Shown in pieces: positions 1 through 7,331 of a stretch of 32,000 nt of DNA. The DNA comes from Thermosulfurimonas dismutans. Lineage in GTDB: Bacteria > Desulfobacterota > Thermodesulfobacteria > Thermodesulfobacteriales > Thermodesulfobacteriaceae. Numbering within the stretch: the first letter of the stretch is position 1; each line of letters starts with the position of its first letter. The stretch is from NCBI RefSeq assembly GCF_001652585.1, contig NZ_LWLG01000010.1, positions 37,399 to 69,398 of the forward strand, in the 5' to 3' direction. Made by a program: the position numbers and the translations under genes. The notes under the pieces were generated by a model. That model was not told the origin of the DNA. It searched no databases and saw nothing but the letters and a program-made list of their open reading frames with translations.

Positions 1-1124
1 TAATTTTTTCAGGATCTCTAGCGGCCAAAGAGCCCATCAAGATTGGAGCCTTCTTTGCCCTTTCTGGACCAGCGGCCTTTATCGGTACGCCCACCAAGCT
101 CGTAGCCGAGATGGCCGTGGCGGAGATCAACAAGAAAGGGGGCATTAACGGCCGACCACTTGAACTGGTTATAGGCGATACCGAGGGTGACCCCAGCAAA
201 GCCGTGGCCATTGCCAAGCGCTTCATTTACAAGGACAAGGTGGTGGCCATCATTGGCCCTACCCGCACCGGAACCGGTATGGCTGTGAAACCCATCGTGG
301 AGGCCGCCCGCGTGCCCACCATCATGACCGTAGGGGGCGATCCGGTAATCATGGGAGGAAAGTTTGGTTCCTACCGCTACGTCTTCAAGACCCCTCAGCG
401 CTCAAGCACCGCCGTTCGCAAGATCTATCAATACCTTAAGAAAAAAGGCCTCACCCGTATTGCTATCCTCACGGCCACCGACGGTTTTGGAAAAGACGGG
501 CGCAAGTGGTTGAAAAAACTCGCCCCGGAATACGGCCTTACCATCGTGGCCGAAGAAGCCTTCAACCCTCGGGACACGGACATGACAGCCCAGCTCGCCA
601 AAGTCTGGAAGGAAAATCCTCAGGCCCTCGTCGCCTGGACCATCGGGCCCGCTGGAGCCATCGTGGCCAAGAACGTCAAACAGCTCGGCATCACGGCCCC
701 GCTCTTTCAGTGTCATGGTCTGCCTGATCCCAAGTACATCGAGCTCGCCGGACCGGCATCCGAGGGCAACCTCATGCCCTCCACCAAGCTCATGGCCTGG
801 GAACAATTGCCAGACACCGATCCCCAGAAACCGGTGATCGCCCATTTCGTACACCTCTACAAGGAGGTGTACCACTACGACCGGAGGTTCCCTATCAATA
901 CCCACTCCGGCTACGCCTGGGACGCCATCATGATCCTGGCCCGGGCCCTGGAAAAAGTTGGGCCTGATCGGGAAAAACTTCGCGAGGCCATCGAGAACAC
1001 CAAAGGCTATGTGGGCATAAGCGGGGTCTACAACATTACTCCCGAGGATCATAACGGTCTCGACGAGTCCTCCATGATCATTGTGAAGATAGTTAAAGGA
1101 CACTGGGTCCTTGAGGATTACTAA
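1..1124 (+). CDS. Branched-chain amino acid ABC transporter substrate-binding protein (LivJ/LivK-type periplasmic binding protein), 5' end cut by window edge
   Basis: Frame 3 is open from nt 3 (IFSGSLAAKEPIKIGAFFALSGPAAFIGTPTKLVAEMAVAEINKKGGINGRPLELVIGDTEGDP...). This is the canonical N-terminal signature of LivK-type binding proteins, so the ORF-track Met at 111 is internal. Stop TAA at 1122-1124. Confidence 0.85.
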   Translation, partial: IFSGSLAAKEPIKIGAFFALSGPAAFIGTPTKLVAEMAVAEINKKGGINGRPLELVIGDTEGDPSKAVAIAKRFIYKDKVVAIIGPTRTGTGMAVKPIVEAARVPTIMTVGGDPVIMGGKFGSYRYVFKTPQRSSTAVRKIYQYLKKKGLTRIAILTATDGFGKDGRKWLKKLAPEYGLTIVAEEAFNPRDTDMTAQLAKVWKENPQALVAWTIGPAGAIVAKNVKQLGITAPLFQCHGLPDPKYIELAGPASEGNLMPSTKLMAWEQLPDTDPQKPVIAHFVHLYKEVYHYDRRFPINTHSGYAWDAIMILARALEKVGPDREKLREAIENTKGYVGISGVYNITPEDHNGLDESSMIIVKIVKGHWVLEDY

Positions 1125-1560
1125 CCCCTGGCTCCTGCTAGCCACCTTTTTCGGTCTGGGAAAGATCCCCTGGGCCCCGGGCACCTGGGGCTCAGGGGTA
1201 GGGGTCCTCCTTTACTGGGCTACGGGAGATCTCCCTCTGTGGGGACAGCTCCTCTTTTTTGCTCTTCTCACTCTTCTGGGAACCCTGGCCTCCCACCGGG
1301 TGGCCTTGGCCCTGGGCCGAAAGGACCCTTCCTGCGTAATCATCGACGAGGTAGCCGGGGCCTATCTGGCCCTTCTGGGACACCCGGCTGATCCTTTACA
1401 TTTGGTCGCGGGCTTTCTCCTCTTTCGGATTCTTGACATCTGGAAACCCTGGCCGATCAGAATCACCGAGAGACTTACCGGAGGCCTTGGCATCATGGCC
1501 GACGACCTGACCGCCGGAGGGATGGCGAACCTGTTGCTCTTCCTCCCGCAGATCCTGTGA
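1111..1560 (+). CDS. pgpA: Phosphatidylglycerophosphatase A
   Basis: 149-aa ORF with PgpA hallmarks: LATFFGLGKIPWAPGTWGS, IIDEVAG, FRILDIWKPWPI, GGLGIMADDLTAG. The TTG start at 1111 overlaps the upstream gene by 14 nt. There is no in-frame ATG until near the C-terminus. Confidence 0.85.
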   Translation: MRITNPWLLLATFFGLGKIPWAPGTWGSGVGVLLYWATGDLPLWGQLLFFALLTLLGTLASHRVALALGRKDPSCVIIDEVAGAYLALLGHPADPLHLVAGFLLFRILDIWKPWPIRITERLTGGLGIMADDLTAGGMANLLLFLPQIL

Positions 1561-1778
1561 GTCAGGCCGCCATCACCAGTTCTTTAGCACCTTCCACCCC
1601 ATCGAATCTTTTAGAGCTTATTCCCGGCTTCCCGTAACACCCTCGATGTAGTATTCCAAATCTTAAGTTTAATTCGGAGGACTCTGGTTCCGGATAAAAC
1701 ACCAGCCCCTGGGTCTCTTCCTCCGGCCTCGCCTTTTCCACAGGGAAGGTCAGATAATGCGACCGCTCTCGGCATCAT

Positions 1779-1815
1779 GGCCACCGATCTGGCCGCGGGA
1801 TGGATTGCGAATCCA
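1779..1815. other. Two adjacent short hairpins (GGCCA-N6-TGGCC at 1779-1794; TGGATT-gcg-AATCCA at 1801-1815) in the convergent pgpA/pilin gap; possible bidirectional terminator elements
   Basis: Inverted repeats read directly from the sequence. The second is followed on the + strand by an A/T-rich run (gtattataattgaaaaatataat). No classical U-tract is present, so terminator function is uncertain. Confidence 0.3.
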
Positions 1816-1839
1816 GTATTATAATTGAAAAATATAATA

Positions 1840-3048
1840 TCAGTCACTAAGTACACCATTGTTATAACTCACTACACAATCTCGAGAGATATCTGCACTA
1901 TAAGCATCATCGTAACTAAATTTGGTTTCACGTCCTCTACAGTTAGATTTTCTATATACAGTCGCACACTGGTTAAAACCAATAGATATAGAAGTAAACT
2001 CTATACACGAACCACTAGAAACACACAAAAAGCCAAATTTACTTCCCACTTCAACATATCTAGTACCCCCAACATTATTTACTATAATAGGCGTACCATA
2101 GGCGCATGTTCCGCCGCCTCCCCCGCCTCCGGGGCTTCCTGAAGAGTTTATGGTGAGAGCTAGAGTTTTTTGGGTGGTATTATTGTCCGCATCTTTAACA
2201 AAGAAAGTTAAACTAAAAGTCCCTGTAGCACTTGCGTTTCCGGAAATCTCAATCTGATCGCACTGATTCCAGGTGGGCTCACTGCTACAATTAGCAGAAA
2301 TCGTGGCGCTACCGGTTCCACAGATAAAATCAATACCAGCTCCTTGAAGATTTGAGGGATCCTCCACACACCAACGATATTTTCCACCGCTGGTATAAGG
2401 CACCCCGCCGGCAGCATAGACCGTGGCGTTGTAAGAAGAACCCTCAAAACCGTAAGGCAATTCGTTGTTCAAAATCCGCAAATATTCTTCAGAATAAGGA
2501 CACTTTAATTTGGCCTTAAGCTCGGCAAGACTGACATAACGCACCATGTCATCGTAGGGCTCAGGGCGATCCATATCAGTGGTGTAATCGTCTACATTTG
2601 GATATCCGGGAATATAAATGTGAGTAGTAGAACTGCCGGAAGTCTGAACATTGTAATTCGGTCCTCCGCTTATGATCACAAAAGCTATATTTTCGTGGGT
2701 GGCGTTGTCGTTGTCGTCTATTACCTGAAGGGAAGTGGTTTTACGAGCGCAGGCGCTACTTTTGGTCAATTCCAGGGCGGTAATACAGACAAAATCTTTC
2801 CCCCACACATCTTTAGCGTTTCTAAGATATTGACTACAGTTAGCCGAGTCAGGAAGGCGTCCATTATTAGTCAAGGCATATCCGAGTAAGGCCTCCACAT
2901 TGGCCTCAAGCCGCTCCCGGTTCTGGTTGTAATGGACACGCTTGATGAGAAGCCCGACTATCCCTGCCCCTATCCCGGCGAGGACCCCCAGGACAACCAA
3001 AACAATGGCCAATTCAATGAGCGTAAAACCTCGCCTTCTGTCTTTCAT
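1840..3048 (-). CDS. Prepilin-type N-terminal cleavage/methylation domain protein (type IV pilin / T2SS pseudopilin-like) with large C-terminal extension
   Basis: Start moved to ATG 3048-3046, giving MKDRRRG|FTLIELAIVLVVLGVLAGIG. This has a basic leader, Gly-1, Phe+1, Glu+5 and a hydrophobic helix, which together form the class III prepilin signal. DVWGKDF ... AFVIISGGPNYN resembles the GspG pseudopilin core. The 22 upstream codons in the ORF track have no support. Stop at 1842-1840. 402 aa, 14 Cys. Confidence 0.8.
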   Translation of the reverse strand: MKDRRRGFTLIELAIVLVVLGVLAGIGAGIVGLLIKRVHYNQNRERLEANVEALLGYALTNNGRLPDSANCSQYLRNAKDVWGKDFVCITALELTKSSACARKTTSLQVIDDNDNATHENIAFVIISGGPNYNVQTSGSSTTHIYIPGYPNVDDYTTDMDRPEPYDDMVRYVSLAELKAKLKCPYSEEYLRILNNELPYGFEGSSYNATVYAAGGVPYTSGGKYRWCVEDPSNLQGAGIDFICGTGSATISANCSSEPTWNQCDQIEISGNASATGTFSLTFFVKDADNNTTQKTLALTINSSGSPGGGGGGGTCAYGTPIIVNNVGGTRYVEVGSKFGFLCVSSGSCIEFTSISIGFNQCATVYRKSNCRGRETKFSYDDAYSADISRDCVVSYNNGVLSD

Positions 3049-3117
3049 TTTGTCATAAGTTCGGGAAAAATTCCTTCTAAATAGCAAGAAAACAAAATTC
3101 GAACCGAAAATCAAGCC

Positions 3118-3789
3118 TTATTCTTTAAAAAAATCTTCTACGAACAACCCTTCTCTTTCGGCAATGGCTCTTATATAGTGCCAGTCACCGTTCCGGATCC
3201 ATTCCGGGATGGGGGCCATGGCCAGTCGCGTGAAGATCTCTCGTCGTTTTTCTTCGGGGAGATCTCGCGAAAGGATCTCTTTCCGCCAGCGGGCCATGAG
3301 CTCGAGATAGACCTCCCACTCCGGCCCGAACTCGTCCTCGAGTCTTTCCCGAATCCTTCTCGCCGCCGCTGGACTAGCCCCGGAAGTGGAAATGGCGAGT
3401 TGTAACCGTCCTCTCCGCACCACCGAGGGGACAATGAAGGAGCAGAGTTCGGGCTTGTCCACCACGTTACAAAAGATACGACGCTCTTCGGCCTCGGAAA
3501 ATACTTCCTTCTGGACCTCCGGATCGTCGGTAGCGGCCACACACAACCAGGCTTCGGAAAGATCCCCCCAACGGTAAGGACGCTTGAAGAGCTCGATCCT
3601 TCCTTCATCAGCCCACTTTTCTATTTGCCAGGTGATCTGCGGGGCAATAACGCGCACCTTGGCCCCGGAGGAAAGCAAAACTTCCACCTTCCGCTCCGCC
3701 ACCTCCCCTCCCCCCACCACCACGCAGAGCCGCCCCTCAAGATTGAGAAAAACCGAATAATAGGACGCACCCTTTTCCATGTAAGTCAT
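3118..3789 (-). CDS. Precorrin-2 dehydrogenase / sirohydrochlorin ferrochelatase (SirC / CysG N-terminal domain / Met8p family)
   Basis: Rossmann motif LCVVVGGGEVAERKVEVLLSSGAKVRVIAP followed by the family's C-terminal helical region. At about 220 aa it matches stand-alone enzymes of this family. Start is ATG 3789 (or 3780), with an AAGGA Shine-Dalgarno 6 nt upstream. Confidence 0.8.
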   Translation of the reverse strand: MTYMEKGASYYSVFLNLEGRLCVVVGGGEVAERKVEVLLSSGAKVRVIAPQITWQIEKWADEGRIELFKRPYRWGDLSEAWLCVAATDDPEVQKEVFSEAEERRIFCNVVDKPELCSFIVPSVVRRGRLQLAISTSGASPAAARRIRERLEDEFGPEWEVYLELMARWRKEILSRDLPEEKRREIFTRLAMAPIPEWIRNGDWHYIRAIAEREGLFVEDFFKE

Positions 3790-3882
3790 TTTAATCCTTG
3801 TAAAGGATAAAACAAAGGTTAAATTTCAAATAATGTTTTCTTGAGCTTCAGAGGCCCGTGGTGGAGAACATGGGGAAACTAT

Positions 3883-5010
3883 ATGCCTAAACTCTTTAAC
3901 CCTGCCCCCTATATAGATCACACCTTGCTTGCCCCTACTGCCACGGAGAAAGACATAAAGAAACTCTGCTCCGAGGCCCAAGAATACGGAATGGCGGGAG
4001 TCTGCGTGCCTCCGGTTTTCGTGCCGCTGGCCAGGAAGGAGCTCTCCGGTACCGGGATACGGGTGGTCACGGTGGCAGGTTTTCCCCTGGGATTCCAGCC
4101 CACAGAGGTGAAGGTCCACGAGGCCCGGCTATATCGAGATCTCGGAGCGGATGAAATTGATATGGTGATAAACCTCCATCTGACAAAAAACGGTCGGGTC
4201 CGTGAGGCCGTAGAAGAAGTAAAACAGGTGGTCAAGGCCGCTAATCCGACCGAAGTTAAGGTGATTATTGAGTGTGCCTATCTTAAAGCCGAAGAAAAAA
4301 AATTACTTGCCGAGCTAATTCCAGGAACCGGAGCGGCCTACCTCAAGACCTCTACCGGATTCGGGCCGGGGGGAGCCACCCTTGAAGATGTAAAGCTCCT
4401 CCGGGAGGCCTCCGGCGGTAAGATCAAGATCAAGGCCGCGGGAGGAATTCGGACGCTTGAGGAATGCCTGGCCTTCATTCAGGCTGGGGCCGAAAGAATA
4501 GGGACCAGCGCCGGAGCCAGCATTGTCCGAGAATATCTAGCCCGGACCGGCCAACTTCCCTATGAAGAGGTAGAAATCTTTATCGACGGAGCCTGCCTTG
4601 GAAATCCGGGACCAGGTGGTTTTTCGGCCATCTTGAGGGCCCGAGGACACGAAAAAGTTCTAACTGGAGGAGAGGCCGAGACCACCAACAACCGCATGGA
4701 GATTAGAGCCGCGGTAGAGGCCTTGAAGGCCTTGAAGAAACCCTCTCGGGTAAAAATGTATACCGATTCGAAATATCTCCTTTCCGGGGCCACGGATTGG
4801 CTCCCTCGCTGGGAAAAAAGGGGATTCCGGACTGCGGATGGCAAACCCGTCAAAAACCGTGACCTCTGGGAAGAATTGAGCCGCCTGCTTAAAATCCACG
4901 AGGTGGAGTGGATTTGGATTGAGGGACACGCTGGGCACCCTGAAAACGAACGATGTGATAAACTGGCGAAAAACGAGGCTAAGAAATGGAAAAACTCCTC
5001 GTCGGCATAA
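3883..5010 (+). CDS. Fusion protein: deoxyribose-phosphate aldolase (DeoC/DERA) N-terminal domain + ribonuclease HI C-terminal domain
   Basis: DERA motifs: YIDHTLL, GADEIDMVIN, LKTSTGF (Schiff-base Lys), IKAAGGIRT, IGTSAG. After an 11-aa linker, VEIFIDGACLGNPGPGG...TTNNRMEI...MYTDSKY...GHAGHPENERCDKLA aligns residue by residue with E. coli RNase HI from its residue 5 (DEDD and His all present). One continuous frame, checked codon by codon across 4501-4620. Start is ATG 3883 with a GGGGA Shine-Dalgarno; the ORF-track TTG at 3841 is rejected. Confidence 0.85.
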   Translation: MPKLFNPAPYIDHTLLAPTATEKDIKKLCSEAQEYGMAGVCVPPVFVPLARKELSGTGIRVVTVAGFPLGFQPTEVKVHEARLYRDLGADEIDMVINLHLTKNGRVREAVEEVKQVVKAANPTEVKVIIECAYLKAEEKKLLAELIPGTGAAYLKTSTGFGPGGATLEDVKLLREASGGKIKIKAAGGIRTLEECLAFIQAGAERIGTSAGASIVREYLARTGQLPYEEVEIFIDGACLGNPGPGGFSAILRARGHEKVLTGGEAETTNNRMEIRAAVEALKALKKPSRVKMYTDSKYLLSGATDWLPRWEKRGFRTADGKPVKNRDLWEELSRLLKIHEVEWIWIEGHAGHPENERCDKLAKNEAKKWKNSSSA

Positions 5011-5543
5011 CCGGAGCCAGTGGAGCCCCCTATGCGGTGGCCTTTCTCAGGGTCCTGCGAGAACTAGGCGTGGCAAGCGAGGTCATCATCACCCGTCCCG
5101 GCGAAGAAGTCTTACGTCACGAAACCGGACTTTCCTTGAAGGACCTTATGGAACTAACCGAACGCCTATACCGAGAGGACGAGATTTCGGCTCCTCCGGC
5201 AAGTGGTTCGGCAGCCTATCGGGGGATGGTGATCATTCCCTGCACCATGGGGACCCTTTCGGCGGTGGCTCATGGGGCCGCACGCAATCTCCTTCAGCGA
5301 GCCGCGGATGTCATGCTTAAGGAACGCCGGCCCCTAGTTCTCGTTATACGAGAAACCCCGCTCAACTTGATACATCTAAGAAATATGGTTCTAGCAACCG
5401 AGGCTGGTGCCGTAATTTATCCCGCCATGCCGGCCTTCTATCACCGCTCACAAAATATTGAGGATATGATAGAATTTTTCGTCCGGAGGCTCGCCGAGTT
5501 TTTAGGCTTTGAGGTCAGAAATTTGCCTCGATGGGGAACTTAA
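4986..5543 (+). CDS. ubiX: Flavin prenyltransferase UbiX (UbiX/Pad1 family)
   Basis: KLLVGITGASGAPYAVAFLRVL, MVIIPCTMGTLSAVAHG and RRPLVLVIRETPL are UbiX-family signatures. 185 aa. Overlaps the upstream gene by 25 nt. Confidence 0.9.
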   Translation: MEKLLVGITGASGAPYAVAFLRVLRELGVASEVIITRPGEEVLRHETGLSLKDLMELTERLYREDEISAPPASGSAAYRGMVIIPCTMGTLSAVAHGAARNLLQRAADVMLKERRPLVLVIRETPLNLIHLRNMVLATEAGAVIYPAMPAFYHRSQNIEDMIEFFVRRLAEFLGFEVRNLPRWGT

Positions 5544-6398
5544 ATGCTCCGCAAGATTAAACTCCTCCTAGAGATGATAAAGTTTGAGCACACCATTTTT
5601 GCCCTCCCCTTCGCCTATACTGGAGCTGTGCTTGCGGAAAAAGGCTTCCCTGCGACCAGAACTGCCCTTCTTATTTTGGGCTGCATGGTGGGAGCCCGCA
5701 CCGCGGCCATGACCTTCAATCGCCTGGCAGATCTCCCCTTCGATGCCCAAAATCCCCGTACCCGCAATCGGCATCTGGTGATAGGTCTGGTGAAAAAGAC
5801 TGAGGCCTGGATTTTTTTCATAACAGCCTCGGTTCTCTTCTTCCTCTGCGCCGCAGCCTTGAATCCCCTGACCCTAAAACTTTCCCCAATCGCCTACGCT
5901 GTAATCCTGGCCTACTCCTATACCAAACGTTTTACCTGGCTCTGCCATATCTTTCTCGGGGCCGCCCTGGCCCTAGCGCCCCTTGGCGGCTATGTGGCCG
6001 TGAAGGGCACCCTCACCGATCCGGCGATATTCATTCTCGCTCTCGGAGTGGTTTTCTGGGTAGCTGGGTTCGATATCCTTTACGCCTGTATGGACGAAGA
6101 GTTCGACCGAAAGATGGGACTACACTCCATCCCGGCCAAATTCGGCCGGAAAAAGGCCTTCCTTATCTCCGCCCTCTGTCATAGCTTGGCCTTCTTTCTT
6201 TTCGCTACCGCGGGATACCTTTTCGGACTCTCATATCCCTATTACTTGGCCTTGTTTGTTACGGCCGCCCTTTTCATCGCCCAGAGGATAACTGTAAATC
6301 CGCGAGATCTTACGGGGCTCGATATGGCATTTTTTACCTTTAATGGAGCCATTAGCGTGGTAATATTCTTAGGAGTCCTTCTTGATAATTTAATCTAA
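5544..6398 (+). CDS. UbiA-family aromatic polyprenyltransferase (4-hydroxybenzoate polyprenyltransferase-like; could be the menaquinone MqnP type)
   Basis: About 8 predicted TM helices. Two Asp-rich motifs, NRLADLPFDAQN and YACMDEEFDRKMG, are typical of UbiA prenyltransferases. The ATG follows the ubiX stop immediately. The precise substrate cannot be assigned from sequence alone. Confidence 0.85.
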   Translation: MLRKIKLLLEMIKFEHTIFALPFAYTGAVLAEKGFPATRTALLILGCMVGARTAAMTFNRLADLPFDAQNPRTRNRHLVIGLVKKTEAWIFFITASVLFFLCAAALNPLTLKLSPIAYAVILAYSYTKRFTWLCHIFLGAALALAPLGGYVAVKGTLTDPAIFILALGVVFWVAGFDILYACMDEEFDRKMGLHSIPAKFGRKKAFLISALCHSLAFFLFATAGYLFGLSYPYYLALFVTAALFIAQRITVNPRDLTGLDMAFFTFNGAISVVIFLGVLLDNLI

Positions 6399-6413
6399 AG
6401 AGAGGGTATCGAG

Positions 6414-6884
6414 ATGGAAAAGATCCCCTTTACTCCGGAAGGCTTTCAAAGACTCAAGGCCGAGCTTGAACGCTTGAAGACCGTGGAAAGAAAAGAAGTT
6501 ATCAAGGCCATCGAAGAGGCCAGGGCCCACGGCGACCTTTCCGAAAACGCCGAATACGAGGCCGCCAAGGAAAGACAAGGACACATCGAAGGTCGAATCC
6601 AGGAACTTTCGGATCGTCTAGCCAGAGCCGAAGTCATTGAAATACCCAAGACTCCTCCGGAGAAGATCCAGTTTGGGGTAAAAGTCAAGCTCCTCAACCT
6701 CGATACCGACGAGGAAGTCGTCTATCGCCTGGTTGGCCCCTATGAGTCGGACGTAGACAAGGGGCTTATCTCCGTGACCTCTCCTCTAGGACGGGCCTTG
6801 ATAGGCAAGGAAGTGGGGGACGAGGTTGAGGTACACACTCCGGCTGGAGTGCGTACCTTTGAGATTTTGGAAATAGAAGTCTAA
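6414..6884 (+). CDS. greA: Transcription elongation factor GreA
   Basis: 156 aa. The N-terminal coiled coil carries AHGDLSENAEYEAAKERQ, and the C-terminal domain carries ISVTSPLGRALIGKEVGDEVEV. Confidence 0.95.
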   Translation: MEKIPFTPEGFQRLKAELERLKTVERKEVIKAIEEARAHGDLSENAEYEAAKERQGHIEGRIQELSDRLARAEVIEIPKTPPEKIQFGVKVKLLNLDTDEEVVYRLVGPYESDVDKGLISVTSPLGRALIGKEVGDEVEVHTPAGVRTFEILEIEV

Positions 6885-7331
6885 ATGCTCACTCCGGTCG
6901 AAAAAAGGCTACTTGATCGTTTGCAGGCTGGCCTGCCGCTTGCCCCCAGGCCTTTCAAAAAACTTGGTGAGGAGCTCGGACTCTCCGAAGCCGAGGTCAT
7001 AGACAAACTCAAAGAACTCAAAGAACGAGGCATACTGCGGCATCTCGGTGCCAGTCCCGACTCCCGGAGATTGGGTTTCGTGACCACCTTGGCCGCGGTC
7101 TCAGTGCCTCCAGAGAGGGCCGAAGAGGTCGCCCGAGGTATCGGAGAACGTCCGGAAGTTACCCATTGCTACCTCCGGCGGCACCGAATGAACATCTGGT
7201 TTACCATCGTGGCTCAGAATTTCGAGGAAGTGGAAAAGATACTTGAGGAAATCTCCCATGAGGCCAGAGCCACGGCCCGTCACTTCCCGGCCGAAAAACT
7301 CTTCAAACTCCGGGCTACCTTCAAATTATAA
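6885..7331 (+). CDS. Siroheme decarboxylase subunit (AhbA/AhbB, NirD/L/G/H-like; Lrp/AsnC fold)
   Basis: 148 aa with the AhbA/B pattern: [48 protein letters not shown]...RRLGF..TLAAV.VP...EVTHCYLR...NIWFT....FKLR. Only one copy is in the window, although the enzyme is normally an A/B heterodimer. Confidence 0.75.
   Translation: MLTPVEKRLLDRLQAGLPLAPRPFKKLGEELGLSEAEVIDKLKELKERGILRHLGASPDSRRLGFVTTLAAVSVPPERAEEVARGIGERPEVTHCYLRRHRMNIWFTIVAQNFEEVEKILEEISHEARATARHFPAEKLFKLRATFKL

Noticed and set aside
402-1184. Long ORFs on the strand opposite well-supported genes (e.g. 402-1184 -, 9978-10352 -, 14082-14507 -, 17338-18192 -, 20718-21086 -, 22955-23632 +, 28715-29089 -).
   Set aside because: They lie entirely antisense to genes with strong family signatures. 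Their translations are low-complexity and Arg/Gly/Pro/Ser-rich with no recognisable motifs. They are the expected shadow ORFs of GC-rich, codon-biased coding sequence.
1711-1730. Minus-strand GAGGCCGGAGGAAGAGACCC resembles the SRP RNA helix 8 core (GGUCCGGAAGGAAGCAGCC).
   Set aside because: The flanking sequence cannot form the required closing helix or symmetric loop around a GNAR tetraloop. The similarity is limited to a purine-rich run.
1790-1815. tRNA-3'-end-like string on the minus strand (TGGA-TTCGCAA-TCCA followed by TCCCGCG-G-CCA). It could be an integration-site remnant next to the low-GC gene.
   Set aside because: The T-loop-like heptamer has C where the invariant A58 should be, and the stem is only 4 bp. 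No complementary 5' acceptor strand (CGCGGGA) and no D or anticodon arms are found upstream. No integrase or direct repeat is visible.
1611-1859. 82-aa ORF (minus strand) and a 23-codon sORF (1757-1828, plus strand, preceded by GGGAAGG) in the long convergent gap.
   Set aside because: The 82-aa ORF overlaps the pilin gene's 3' end, has no Shine-Dalgarno sequence and gives a featureless translation. The sORF has only a partial Shine-Dalgarno sequence and nothing else to support it. Both are mentioned only as things to examine if a transcript is detected there.
1561-2110. Diversity-generating retroelement hypothesis: a variable C-terminal module of a surface protein with a template repeat in the downstream gap.
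   Set aside because: There is no sequence similarity between the AT-rich 3' end of the gene and the GC-rich gap. There is no reverse transcriptase gene anywhere in the window.
1825-2142. 105-codon open frame antisense to the AT-rich 3' end of the pilin-like gene. A long stop-free run is less expected in AT-rich DNA.
   Set aside because: The translation is a Thr/Ile/Ser/Arg-rich low-complexity string with no Shine-Dalgarno sequence, no hydrophobic core pattern and no motif. The sense strand encodes a coherent Cys-patterned domain continuous with the pilin ORF.
3794-3808. Similar small palindromes just upstream of two minus-strand starts: ATCCTTgtaAAGGAT (3794-3808, before the siroheme gene) and ATCCTcgaaAGGAT (7956-7969, before dedA). 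They could be operators or Shine-Dalgarno-sequestering hairpins.
   Set aside because: The stems are only 5-6 bp and AT-rich. One arm is simply the Shine-Dalgarno sequence (AAGGA/GAGGA). Two occurrences are not enough to separate this from chance, and such hairpins would be unstable in a thermophile.
3841-3882. N-terminal extensions offered by the ORF track (TTG 3841, TTG 16211, TTG 19635, ATG 8986, ATG 3114).
   Set aside because: In each case a downstream ATG or GTG has a proper Shine-Dalgarno sequence and yields the family-typical N-terminus or signal peptide. The extension either overlaps a divergent gene (8986) or adds non-conserved residues.
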